DNA of 64,000 nt. Source: Acidobacteriota bacterium. Its GTDB lineage: Bacteria > Acidobacteriota > Vicinamibacteria > Vicinamibacterales > UBA2999. The notes beneath the pieces are model-generated. The model did not search any database, was not told the origin of the DNA, and saw only the letters and a list, made by a program, of their open reading frames with translations. How positions within the stretch are numbered: position 1 is the stretch's first letter; the number at the start of each line of letters is the position of its first letter. Below, piece after piece: positions 19,734 through 27,455 of the stretch. Location of the stretch: positions 52 through 64,051 of the forward strand of contig JBKPAJ010000045.1 in assembly GCA_046726375.1 (NCBI GenBank), written 5' to 3'. Made by a program: the position numbers and the translations under genes.

Positions 19734-19848
19734 GCTCGCTTGAGGTGGTGGCGCCAACCGCGCGAGAAACGCTCGGACAGTGCTCCTTGTGACCCATATC
19801 GCCGTATTGCCTCGATGCTGCGCTTGTCCACTCAAGTGAATTGAGGGG
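19734..19848 (+). repeat. Copy B of the 115-116 nt structured element, filling the lysX-lysY intergenic gap in antisense orientation to the operon
   Basis: It has the same conserved blocks and offsets as copies A and C. A 12-bp closing helix forms between tcgcttgaggtgg and ccactcaagtga, with one G.U pair and one bulge. Confidence 0.6.
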
Positions 19849-19849
19849 C

Positions 19850-20809
19850 TTAGACCGACGCGCCTTCCGCGAGCGAGATCGCCGTGACATGCGGGGCCGT
19901 TCCGGGAGGCCAACCGTTGGCCGCGTTCCAGCCGTCCTTCGCGACCGCCAGGCAGAAATCGACCATCCGCTCCGGGATGTTGACGTTGGTCGGCGCGATG
20001 CTGTTGCGAAACTCCATGGTGTAGTTGACTTCGTTGACCAGAAGACCACGATCGGGATCTTCAAAGAGATCCAGCGCCACCATGCCTCCGCCGACTGCTC
20101 TCGCCGCGCGCGTGCAGATGTCAGCGAGCTCCGGCGTGATTGGACAGTTGCTGGACGTGCCGCCCCGCGCCGTGTTGGTGATCCAGCTGGGGGAGGTGCG
20201 ATAGATCGCACAGATCGTCTCTGGGCCGACCTGAAATGCGCGAATATCGCGGCCGGGCTTCTTTACGTACTCCTGGATGTAGAAGATGCTGTGGTGATAG
20301 CTGCCGAGCGTTTCTTTGTGCTCGAGAATCGCTTCAGCCGCGTCGCGATCGTTCACCTTGCTCAACAACCGTCCCCACGAACCGACTGTCGGTTTGAGCA
20401 CCGCTGGATATCCGAGCTGTTCGATCGCTTCCAGCGCGCTCTCGGGCGTGTAAGCGATGAGCGCCTTCGGCTGCGGCACGCCTGCCGCAGCGAGTGCACT
20501 GGTGGTCATCAGCTTGTTGCCGCAAATATCCGCCACCAGCGCGGTGTTGACGGTGCGCACGCCTTGATCGTTCAGAATCTTGAGGCTGTACAGCGCGCGG
20601 CTGTGGTTGATGCAGCGTTCGATGATGACGTCGTAGTCGCGATAACGATGATTGACGACGTCGGTGATGTCGAAGATTAGTTTCTGGTCGTCGAGGAGAT
20701 CGAGCGTGACACCACGGCGATCGAACGCTTCGAAAAGGAGCTTCTCTTCGACGCGAACGCGACTGTACAGGACACCGACCCGCAGCGTGCCGGAGTGGCC
20801 GTTATTCAC
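19850..20809 (-). CDS. lysX: LysW-alpha-aminoadipate ligase (RimK/ATP-grasp family)
   Basis: ATP-grasp/RimK-like stretches: [20 protein letters not shown], and [18 protein letters not shown]. It overlaps lysW by 8 nt. Confidence 0.85.
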   Translation of the reverse strand: MNNGHSGTLRVGVLYSRVRVEEKLLFEAFDRRGVTLDLLDDQKLIFDITDVVNHRYRDYDVIIERCINHSRALYSLKILNDQGVRTVNTALVADICGNKLMTTSALAAAGVPQPKALIAYTPESALEAIEQLGYPAVLKPTVGSWGRLLSKVNDRDAAEAILEHKETLGSYHHSIFYIQEYVKKPGRDIRAFQVGPETICAIYRTSPSWITNTARGGTSSNCPITPELADICTRAARAVGGGMVALDLFEDPDRGLLVNEVNYTMEFRNSIAPTNVNIPERMVDFCLAVAKDGWNAANGWPPGTAPHVTAISLAEGASV

Positions 20810-20987
20810 CCCAGTCCTCTTCCTCCTGTGGAGCCAGCGCCAGGGTCAAGGGCTCGATGGCGACAACTTCGAGTTCTGCGCCGCAGCCGGAACACTGCGT
20901 GATCTCGTGTTGCATGACGTTGGTAAGCGTCACTTCGGCAAAGCACTCCGGGCATTGAGCCTGCCCGCTGGCGGTCTGAACGGCCAT
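20802..20987 (-). CDS. lysW: Amino-group carrier protein LysW
   Basis: 61 aa. It has a zinc ribbon CPEC...CSGC and an acidic C-terminal tail ending EEEDWGE, the canonical EDWGE carrier terminus. Confidence 0.85.
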   Translation of the reverse strand: MAVQTASGQAQCPECFAEVTLTNVMQHEITQCSGCGAELEVVAIEPLTLALAPQEEEDWGE

Positions 20988-21037
20988 TTCAACTCCTGCG
21001 CGATCGTGTGAGGTGAAGATTTTATACGAGCGCGTCA

Positions 21038-21070
21038 GCGACCTCCGTCCCTGCTAACGACGGAGGTCGC
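21038..21070 (-). terminator. Perfect 12-bp hairpin downstream of the VOC gene and upstream of lysW
   Basis: gcgacctccgtc (21038-21049) pairs with gacggaggtcgc (21059-21070) around a 9-nt loop. A third gacggaggtc copy lies at 21078-21087. No U-run follows, so its terminator function is uncertain. Confidence 0.4.
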
Positions 21071-21086
21071 GAATGGTGACGGAGGT

Positions 21087-21686
21087 CTACTCGTTCTTCG
21101 TCTGGTTGCTGATCTGAAGGTCCCAGCCATCCGGATCGAACACGTGGTAGCTCTTGAAGTTGTCGCCCACCATGTCGGGCCGCGGGTTGAGGCCGCGCCG
21201 TTCGAGCTCCGCTTTCACTTTGTCGGTGTCCCACGGCTGCACACCGAACGAGATGTGGTTGATGACACCGGTGAGCGGTGGACGCGGGCGGCCGGATTGG
21301 CCAGCTGCCGGCGCTGCAGCTGGTGCGCCTTGAGCGGAGGGCGCCGCCGCCTCCTGTCCATCCCGTTGCGGGCGGTTGCGAATGATGATCTGTCCGACGT
21401 TCCCGATGTCGAGCGTCGCCTGCGTCTTGCCGTTGTCGTTGCGGATTTCCCATCCCATCAAACTCGAATAGAACGCGGCACTCTTTTTATAGTCCGTCAC
21501 TTGATAAGAGATGTGGTCCAACCACACGGTTTTCCACGGCGCCTTATCCACGGGCGCCGACTGAGCGCCCAGTGTCGTGGCCGTCGGCGCCGCCATCGCC
21601 GCCATCGCCAGACTTTGAATCAGCTGTCGGCGCGTCATCCTGCCGTCTTCAAATTCCTTGAGCAACCTGGCGATTTCGGTTTCCAT
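21087..21686 (-). CDS. VOC (glyoxalase/bleomycin-resistance/dioxygenase) family protein, Tat-like signal
   Basis: The ATG at 21686 follows a GGAGGC RBS. The N-terminus reads RMTRRQLIQSLAMAAMAAPTA. VOC-like stretches are LDHISYQVTDYKKSAAFY and INHISFGV. Confidence 0.7.
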   Translation of the reverse strand: METEIARLLKEFEDGRMTRRQLIQSLAMAAMAAPTATTLGAQSAPVDKAPWKTVWLDHISYQVTDYKKSAAFYSSLMGWEIRNDNGKTQATLDIGNVGQIIIRNRPQRDGQEAAAPSAQGAPAAAPAAGQSGRPRPPLTGVINHISFGVQPWDTDKVKAELERRGLNPRPDMVGDNFKSYHVFDPDGWDLQISNQTKNE

Positions 21687-21844
21687 GTCGGCCTCCTTGA
21701 ACGGGCGAAATATACCGTGAATTCGCGCCGACGAGCTGCTAGCTCGGCTATCGCCCGGAACCAATTGCTGTTAGTGACGGGCCGGTGCCGCGCCATAATG
21801 GTGCCTTGCGGCGTGGGTCGGGCGATTCGACCGAAGGAGAGTTC

Positions 21845-22051
21845 ATGGCATCGACGCAGGGCACGATCAAGCGATTGATTAGCGACAAGGGGTTTGGGTT
21901 CGTGGCCGCGCAGGATGGAAGCGAATACTTCTTTCATCAGTCGGCATGTGTGGATACCAGATTCGATCAGTTGCGCGAAGGACAGGCAGTCACATTTGAC
22001 AAAGGCCAGGGACCGAAAGGACCCCGGGCAGAAAACGTGCGTCCAGTGTAG
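21845..22051 (+). CDS. cspA: Cold-shock protein (CspA family)
   Basis: 68 aa. It has the RNP1 motif KGFGFV and the RNP2-like motif YFFHQS. A GAAGGAGAG RBS precedes the ATG at 21845. Confidence 0.9.
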   Translation: MASTQGTIKRLISDKGFGFVAAQDGSEYFFHQSACVDTRFDQLREGQAVTFDKGQGPKGPRAENVRPV

Positions 22052-22136
22052 GGCGATCAGGGAGTTTCGACGGGAAGATCTCCGAGATCGAGGAGCGATT
22101 GACAGAGAGATCAGGAGGATCAGGGAGAAGAATTAT

Positions 22137-22310
22137 CTCCCCGATCTCCCAAACTCCCTGTTAAGGTTCTCCCCGATCTCCCAAACTCCCTGTTAAGGTT
22201 CTCCCCGATCTCCCAAACTCCCTGTTAAGGTTCTCCCGATCTCCCCAATCTCTCGTTAAGGTTCTTCCCCGATCTCCCCAATCTCCCCGTTGAGGTTCTC
22301 CCGATCTCTC
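22137..22310. repeat. Tandem array of a ~32-bp unit (3 identical + 2 diverged + 1 partial copy)
   Basis: ctccccgatctcccaaactccctgttaaggtt occurs at 22137, 22169 and 22201. Diverged units lie at 22233 (31 bp) and 22264 (34 bp), with a partial unit at 22298. A partial inverted copy (cagggagttt...gggaagatctccgagatcgaggag) lies at about 22057-22100. Confidence 0.85.
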
Positions 22311-23122
22311 TACTTGCGCGTCGCCGTGAACGCGCCGTTCGTTCCACCCTTCACGGTTCCTTTGATGCTTTTGCCATCGACGCGGCCCGTGTAGCTCACG
22401 CCACCGGCCGAGAACGTGATTTCGTCGCCGCGCAGGCGACCGCTGACCGGCGTCGAACCAAGCATGCCCGACACCATCTGGAACTCCTGCTTTAGCGTGA
22501 GCGGATTCGAGCCGAGTTGCCACGTCCCCTCGACCTTCGCGGGCACGATCCACAGCAGCGCCGTACACCAGTTGGTGCAATCTCCGGAGATCTCCTGCTT
22601 GTCGTCCGCTTCCCAATCCTCCATCGTGAACGAGTTCGACACAATGCGCGTGCCCGGCTTGAGCTCGAGCAGCTTGGGCCGGAGTTTCATATTGATCGAG
22701 GGCAACAGGAACATGGTGATCACCTGCGCCTTCGACAGATCGGTCTCGAAGAGATCGGCTTTCTCGAACGTGGCGCGGGCACTCACGCCTGCAGCCGCGG
22801 CATTCTTCACCGACAACTCCACCATGTCGGGGTTGTACTCGATGCCGTGCGCGCGCGCGCCGCGCTTCGCCGCCGTAATCACCGTGCGGCCATCACCCGA
22901 TCCGAGATCGATCACATAGTCCTGCGGCGTCACCTTGGCCATGTCGAGCATCTTGTCGACGAGCGCCTGCGACGTCGGCACCCACACGACGTCCTTGCCC
23001 GCTTGACCCACCTGCGGCTCGAACGGTTTTTGAGGGGCGGGCTGCTGCGCGCGCCCCGCCGTAGCGGCCAACGCAATCGCCGCAATCAATGCAAACAAAC
23101 GAAAGACGTGCCGTGCTGTCAT
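22310..23122 (-). CDS. Class I SAM-dependent methyltransferase with N-terminal signal peptide and C-terminal beta-rich domain
   Basis: Signal peptide FRLFALIAAIALAATAGRAQQ. SAM motif I is VIDLGSGDGRTVITAAKRGA and the post-I motif is HGIEYNPD. Confidence 0.75.
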   Translation of the reverse strand: MTARHVFRLFALIAAIALAATAGRAQQPAPQKPFEPQVGQAGKDVVWVPTSQALVDKMLDMAKVTPQDYVIDLGSGDGRTVITAAKRGARAHGIEYNPDMVELSVKNAAAAGVSARATFEKADLFETDLSKAQVITMFLLPSINMKLRPKLLELKPGTRIVSNSFTMEDWEADDKQEISGDCTNWCTALLWIVPAKVEGTWQLGSNPLTLKQEFQMVSGMLGSTPVSGRLRGDEITFSAGGVSYTGRVDGKSIKGTVKGGTNGAFTATRK

Positions 23123-23197
23123 CGATAGCCTCTTTCAAATAGACCGGGTAGCTGGTGACCCGCGTCGCGACTGGCGATTATACGGCTGGAATGGAAC

Positions 23198-24037
23198 ATG
23201 CAACCCGAGCGTTTCGGTATGTCTCACGAGCTGGCTGGTTCGCCTGTCGCACAAGAGCTGCGGCCATGGGTCGCGCGCGCGGTGCGAGGGGGATACGTCG
23301 CCAAAGGTCTCATCTATTTACTGATTGGGGCACTTGCGCTGCGTCTGGCCGCAGGATTGAAAGGCGGCCGGTTGATGGATCCCGGCGGCGCATTGGTGAT
23401 GTTGATGCGCCAGCCATTCGGTCAGATCATCGTCGCGATCTTGGGGATCGCGATCCTCGCGTACTCCGCATGGCAATTTGTCGCTGCTATCTGGGACACC
23501 CGCCGCAAAGGCCGCGGGTGGAAGGGCTGGATGGGTCGTGCGTTGACAACGATCAAAGGCGCGGCGTACGGAGCCGTGGGCTGGCAGGCGCTGCGCCTGG
23601 TGATGGGCATGCGTTCGACATCGACCCGCCCCAGCGCGGTGGCCGCCGATGTGCTGACCGTCCCGCTCGGAGATATCTTTCTTTTTCTGGTCGGCGCGGG
23701 CGTGGCAGTGTACGGGGCCTTCGAGCTCCGGGACGCCGTGGGTTCGAGATTTGGTGACGATTTCGACGAACACCGATTCCGGCGCGAAACCGGATCATGG
23801 GCGGTGGCGATCGGCTGCTTCGGCAACGCGGCCCGTGCGGTGCTTCTGATGACGATCGGCGTGGCGCTGATCACAGCCGCAGTGCAGCGCGAACCGGGCG
23901 AAGCCGGCGGCGTCGCGCACGCTCTCGCAACGCTCTTCTCGCAACGATACGGAATCGTGCTCGCAGGAGCAGTGGCGGCTGGCCTGACGTGTTTTGGACT
24001 CTTTCAATTCATGCACGCACGCTACGCGCGGCTGTGA
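23198..24037 (+). CDS. DUF1206-type membrane protein
   Basis: Three repeats of paired TM helices with G(Y/A)xAKG-type heads (GYVAKGLIYLLIG, GAAYGAVGWQAL, NAARAVLLMTIG), as I recall for DUF1206. Confidence 0.6.
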   Translation: MQPERFGMSHELAGSPVAQELRPWVARAVRGGYVAKGLIYLLIGALALRLAAGLKGGRLMDPGGALVMLMRQPFGQIIVAILGIAILAYSAWQFVAAIWDTRRKGRGWKGWMGRALTTIKGAAYGAVGWQALRLVMGMRSTSTRPSAVAADVLTVPLGDIFLFLVGAGVAVYGAFELRDAVGSRFGDDFDEHRFRRETGSWAVAIGCFGNAARAVLLMTIGVALITAAVQREPGEAGGVAHALATLFSQRYGIVLAGAVAAGLTCFGLFQFMHARYARL

Positions 24038-24071
24038 GCGGCGGCCTTACACGCTCGAGGTCTGTGGCGGC

Positions 24072-24572
24072 TTATTCGTGCCGGCATCTGCGGCTCGTCC
24101 CAGCCGCCGCGGCAGGCCCCGCGTTTTCAAGACCAGCGGCCACCGTGGCGGCCACGGCGTCGGCGGTGATCGGCTTCGATCGATACGCGTCGAAGCCGGC
24201 CTCGAGCGCACGCCCTTGGCTTTCAGCTGTGGCGTAAGCCGTGACGGCAACGGCGCCGATTCGCCCGATTGCGCCATCGAGCGCACGGATGCGACGCATC
24301 AACGCGTATCCATCTTCGCCAGGCAGCCCGATGTCGGCGACCAGCACATCCGGACGACGCCGCGCGTCGCCCACAATTATGGCAAGCGCGTCCTGTGCGG
24401 TAGAAACGGCGATCACCTCCGCGCCGTCACGCATCAGCACCGTCTGGAGCAAGTCACGCCAATCGCCGTCATCGTCCACAATCATCACGCGACGTGGACC
24501 GAGCGAGACGCGCGGCGTCTCGACTTTGACATCGTCAGCGGCGGCCTCGGTGACGACCGACGGAAAGCTCAC
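24072..24572 (-). CDS. Stand-alone response-regulator receiver domain protein
   Basis: The stretch VMIVDDDGDWRDLL...PDVLVADIGLPGEDGY...AVTAY...YRSKP carries the phospho-acceptor Asp and conserved T/K positions. There is no output domain and no adjacent kinase. Confidence 0.8.
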   Translation of the reverse strand: MSFPSVVTEAAADDVKVETPRVSLGPRRVMIVDDDGDWRDLLQTVLMRDGAEVIAVSTAQDALAIIVGDARRRPDVLVADIGLPGEDGYALMRRIRALDGAIGRIGAVAVTAYATAESQGRALEAGFDAYRSKPITADAVAATVAAGLENAGPAAAAGTSRRCRHE

Positions 24573-24584
24573 AGTAAAGAGGAT

Positions 24585-25607
24585 TTATCGGCTGGTGTCT
24601 GTCCGATTGGCGACACGACGCCCGATTTCAATGGCTTTGAAGCCTGGTTCACCCCAATTCATCACAAAGACGCCGAAGCCTTGCTTCATCCGCATTTCGA
24701 TGTCGTCGGGTGTTGCGGGATAGCCACACGCTAGCTTGAACTCCTTGCACGCCGAGAGCACTTGCTGAATCGCGGCTTCCCACGCCGCTTGATCGACCTG
24801 CCGCTGACCGTTGGCGTCGGTCGTGGAGAACACCCCGCGCAGCGTGCCCGCGCCGGGCCACAGCACGCCGATGCCCTTCACGGCGGCGATCTCGCGCACA
24901 TGCGCGAGACCCTCCTTGCTCTCGACAATGGTCCAGTTCACGAGTTCGCCTTCGGGGTTGAGCGGCCAGAGATCGGCCTGGCGGCGATAATCTGCTTCGG
25001 ACATCCCCCAAAACGCGGGCGCCGACCCGACGTCTTCCGAACGCATGCCGCCCTTCGACTTGAAGCGCATCGCCGCGAGCCCTTGTTTGACCTCGGCGGC
25101 GCTCTCGACTTTCACGAACATGATGCCGCTCACGCCGAGATTGAGCTGCTTGCCGATGCCCTCCGCCGCCTTCGCAGGATCGGTTGCGATCTCCTGTGTC
25201 TTCACGACCAGCGGATGCGTCAGTCGCAGCAACGGTGATGTGCGCAGCGCGCCGGCTTGCTGCATGCCTTTCACGAAGTCCGCGTAGGCCGGAAGGGCGC
25301 GATCGACGCCGCCCTCCATGCTGCCGTCGAAGATGAAGTCGGCCGATTTGTAAGCGACCGCGTCGGTGGCGAGTTCGAGTGGCGTCTTCTGTGGCGGCGC
25401 TGGTGTGCTTGGTGCGCTCGCCGCCGCTCCGCCGGGTCCGCGTCCGCCGGATCGTCGATTGCTGGGAGCATACAGGCCGAAGACCGGCTTGTTCTGTTCG
25501 AGCAGATCGATCATCGAATTCAGGTGCGGCTTGCGCGACTGCGCGTCGAGAGTCAAATACCCGCCGACCAACACACCTGCCATGACGACAAATTTCAAAT
25601 GACGCAT
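24585..25607 (-). CDS. Exported HpcH/HpaI aldolase/citrate-lyase-like TIM-barrel protein (tentative)
   Basis: The ATG at 25607 follows a GGAGGCC RBS. Signal peptide MRHLKFVVMAGVLVGGYLTLDAQS. The stretches GVSGIMFVKVESAAEVKQGLAAMRF..GGMRS and IVESKEGLAHVREIAAVKGIGVLWPGAGTL resemble HpcH/HpaI motifs. Confidence 0.45.
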   Translation of the reverse strand: MRHLKFVVMAGVLVGGYLTLDAQSRKPHLNSMIDLLEQNKPVFGLYAPSNRRSGGRGPGGAAASAPSTPAPPQKTPLELATDAVAYKSADFIFDGSMEGGVDRALPAYADFVKGMQQAGALRTSPLLRLTHPLVVKTQEIATDPAKAAEGIGKQLNLGVSGIMFVKVESAAEVKQGLAAMRFKSKGGMRSEDVGSAPAFWGMSEADYRRQADLWPLNPEGELVNWTIVESKEGLAHVREIAAVKGIGVLWPGAGTLRGVFSTTDANGQRQVDQAAWEAAIQQVLSACKEFKLACGYPATPDDIEMRMKQGFGVFVMNWGEPGFKAIEIGRRVANRTDTSR

Positions 25608-25697
25608 AGGGCCTCCTTGCGCGAGCGAAACGCAGAGTATATCCGCTGTACGCAGCTCAGGCGGCACCGCGACTGGCGAATGCCGCCTGATTAACAA

Positions 25698-26354
25698 CTA
25701 GCGTCGGGAATTCCAATTCCCTTCGCGATAGCCCTCGTCGTAGCCGGCGCGGAAACCGTCGCGATACACATCCTTGTAACGGTTCTTGTCGCCGTACGAA
25801 TCGAGGTAGCCGCGGTCCGCTGCACGATACCGGCCGTGACGCGTGGCGTCGAACCGATCGTTGTCACGGCCATCTTCGAGGCCCTGCGCGCGACCGTCGC
25901 GATACCCGTTCTCGTACGCGGTGTCGCCGTAGCGGGAGCCGCGGTAATACGGGTCGTAGGTGCCGTTGGGTGTGCGATTGCGTCCAGGCACCCGGCCAAC
26001 GCCGCGGTCGTCATCAGGATATGGATACGTCCGCCATGTGCCGTTCGGATCGTAGCGGCCATTGCCATAGCGGCCATACGGGTCGTAGACGTTCTCGCCG
26101 TAAATCACTCGCGCGTTGCGGTTGCGCGCGGCGGTCGCCTCCGCTTGCCGGCAGGTCGTGGCACCGGGCTGGCGCCCATTCGGCACGCCGTCATACCAGA
26201 CGCGGCACATGTTGGCTGGGGGGAGCTGCCCGGGCGCGACGCCCTGGGCGCGCGCAATGTCGTTCCGGTTTCTTCCACGGCTCTGTGCATCTGCCGTGGA
26301 GGCCAGCGGCAGAAACGCGGTCAGAGCCACAATCACTGCGGTCGTTCGAAACAT
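25698..26354 (-). CDS. Exported low-complexity R/Y/G/D/N-rich protein
   Basis: Signal peptide ending ASTADAQS. The motif PPANMCRVWYDGVPNGRQPG is followed by repeated YDPYGRYGNGRYDP and GYRDG / YRDGFRAGYDEGYREG units. Confidence 0.55.
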   Translation of the reverse strand: MFRTTAVIVALTAFLPLASTADAQSRGRNRNDIARAQGVAPGQLPPANMCRVWYDGVPNGRQPGATTCRQAEATAARNRNARVIYGENVYDPYGRYGNGRYDPNGTWRTYPYPDDDRGVGRVPGRNRTPNGTYDPYYRGSRYGDTAYENGYRDGRAQGLEDGRDNDRFDATRHGRYRAADRGYLDSYGDKNRYKDVYRDGFRAGYDEGYREGNWNSRR

Positions 26355-26540
26355 TCGGTCACCTCGCGATTCCAGCCCGTCTGACGGGCCACCTCACCGT
26401 CGATACTGCACGACCGGTACCAACCTCGAGTAGAACGCGAATCCGGCAAAAATCGGGCGCATCGACGGTTCGTTTCGCGTGTCCGTCCTCTCGTCCGGAC
26501 GCGCCGCGAGTCATGTACCATGTGCGAGGGCCTGAACCCG

Positions 26541-26656
26541 GCTCACTCGAGTGAACAGCGCCAACGTCGCGAAGTGCGCGAACGCCGCCCGCGTTTTCGC
26601 CCGTCCACTCGGATTACCTCGACGGCCACGATGCGCAACGCAAGTGAATTGAGGGG
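26541..26656 (+). repeat. Copy C of the 115-116 nt structured element; its 3' GAGGGG lies 8 nt upstream of the rhomboid start codon
   Basis: It has the same blocks and offsets as copies A and B (GCTCACT, GCGCCAAC at +17, GCCACGAT, CAAGTGAATTGAGGGG). Confidence 0.6.
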
Positions 26657-26664
26657 CTGAACCG

Positions 26665-27426
26665 TTGATTCCCTACCACGACGAAAACGCGACCACGCGT
26701 GCCGCGGTCGTCACGATAGCCATCATTGCGATCTGCTCACTCACGTGGATTGTGGTCCAGGGCGCGGGCGCGACGCTTCCTCTCGCTCGATCGGTCTGTA
26801 ACCTGGGACTGATCCCTGGCGAGCTCACCGGCCTGCTCCGGCCGGGTACGAGCGTTCCGATCGGCGAAGGGCTGAGGTGCGTGATCGATCCGGGCGCGCA
26901 GCCTCTGAACATCTTCACGTCGATGTTTCTGCACGGCTCATGGATGCACCTCATTGGCAACATGTGGTTCCTGTGGCTGTTCGGGAACAACATCGAAGAT
27001 TCGATGACGCGACCGCGCTTCGTCGTGTTCTATCTGCTGTGCGGCATCGCGGCCGCGACGCTGCAGGTGATCGTGGAGCCCGATTCCAGCGCACCGATGG
27101 TGGGCGCGTCCGGCGCGATCAGCGGCGTGATGGGCGCATACCTGGTGCTCTATCCACGCGTTCGCGTCTACACATTGGTGCCGCTCGGCTTCGTCCTGAC
27201 CACCATGCGTCTGCCTGCGTGGGGAATGCTGATCTACTGGATGGTGCTGCAGCTCGCGGGAGGCGTGACCGGCATTTTCTCGGAAGAAAGCGGCGGCGTC
27301 GCGTTCTGGGCGCATGTCGGCGGGTTCCTCGCCGGAGTCATCCTGATCAAGTTGTTCGCCAAGCCCAATCACGTGATCATGCACCAGCAACAGCACTGGC
27401 AGCCTCGGGAAGTCGGATGGCGATGA
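26665..27426 (+). CDS. Rhomboid-family intramembrane serine protease
   Basis: The motifs HGSWMHLIGNMWFLWLFG (the HxxxN region), the catalytic GASGAISGVMGA, and AFWAHVGGFLAG (catalytic His) are present. The start codon is TTG. Confidence 0.85.
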   Translation: MIPYHDENATTRAAVVTIAIIAICSLTWIVVQGAGATLPLARSVCNLGLIPGELTGLLRPGTSVPIGEGLRCVIDPGAQPLNIFTSMFLHGSWMHLIGNMWFLWLFGNNIEDSMTRPRFVVFYLLCGIAAATLQVIVEPDSSAPMVGASGAISGVMGAYLVLYPRVRVYTLVPLGFVLTTMRLPAWGMLIYWMVLQLAGGVTGIFSEESGGVAFWAHVGGFLAGVILIKLFAKPNHVIMHQQQHWQPREVGWR

Positions 27427-27455
27427 TAAGGACCGCGTAGCACGCGACGGCCCGA

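Noticed and set aside
19841-20680. Plus-strand ORF starting right at the 3' end of element copy B, which would give that copy a downstream gene like copies A and C
   Set aside because: It is fully antisense to lysX, which has unmistakable RimK/ATP-grasp motifs, and its translation is Arg-rich nonsense.
20988-21086. Lysine riboswitch or T-box-like leader upstream of lysW
   Set aside because: The gap is only 99 nt and consists of a perfect 12-bp hairpin plus an AT-rich patch. I see no L-box-like conserved core.
22137-22310. Possible CRISPR array (regular ~32-bp repeats)
   Set aside because: The units are directly contiguous with no unique spacers, and the later units are diverged. No cas genes are in the window. 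It is a simple tandem repeat.
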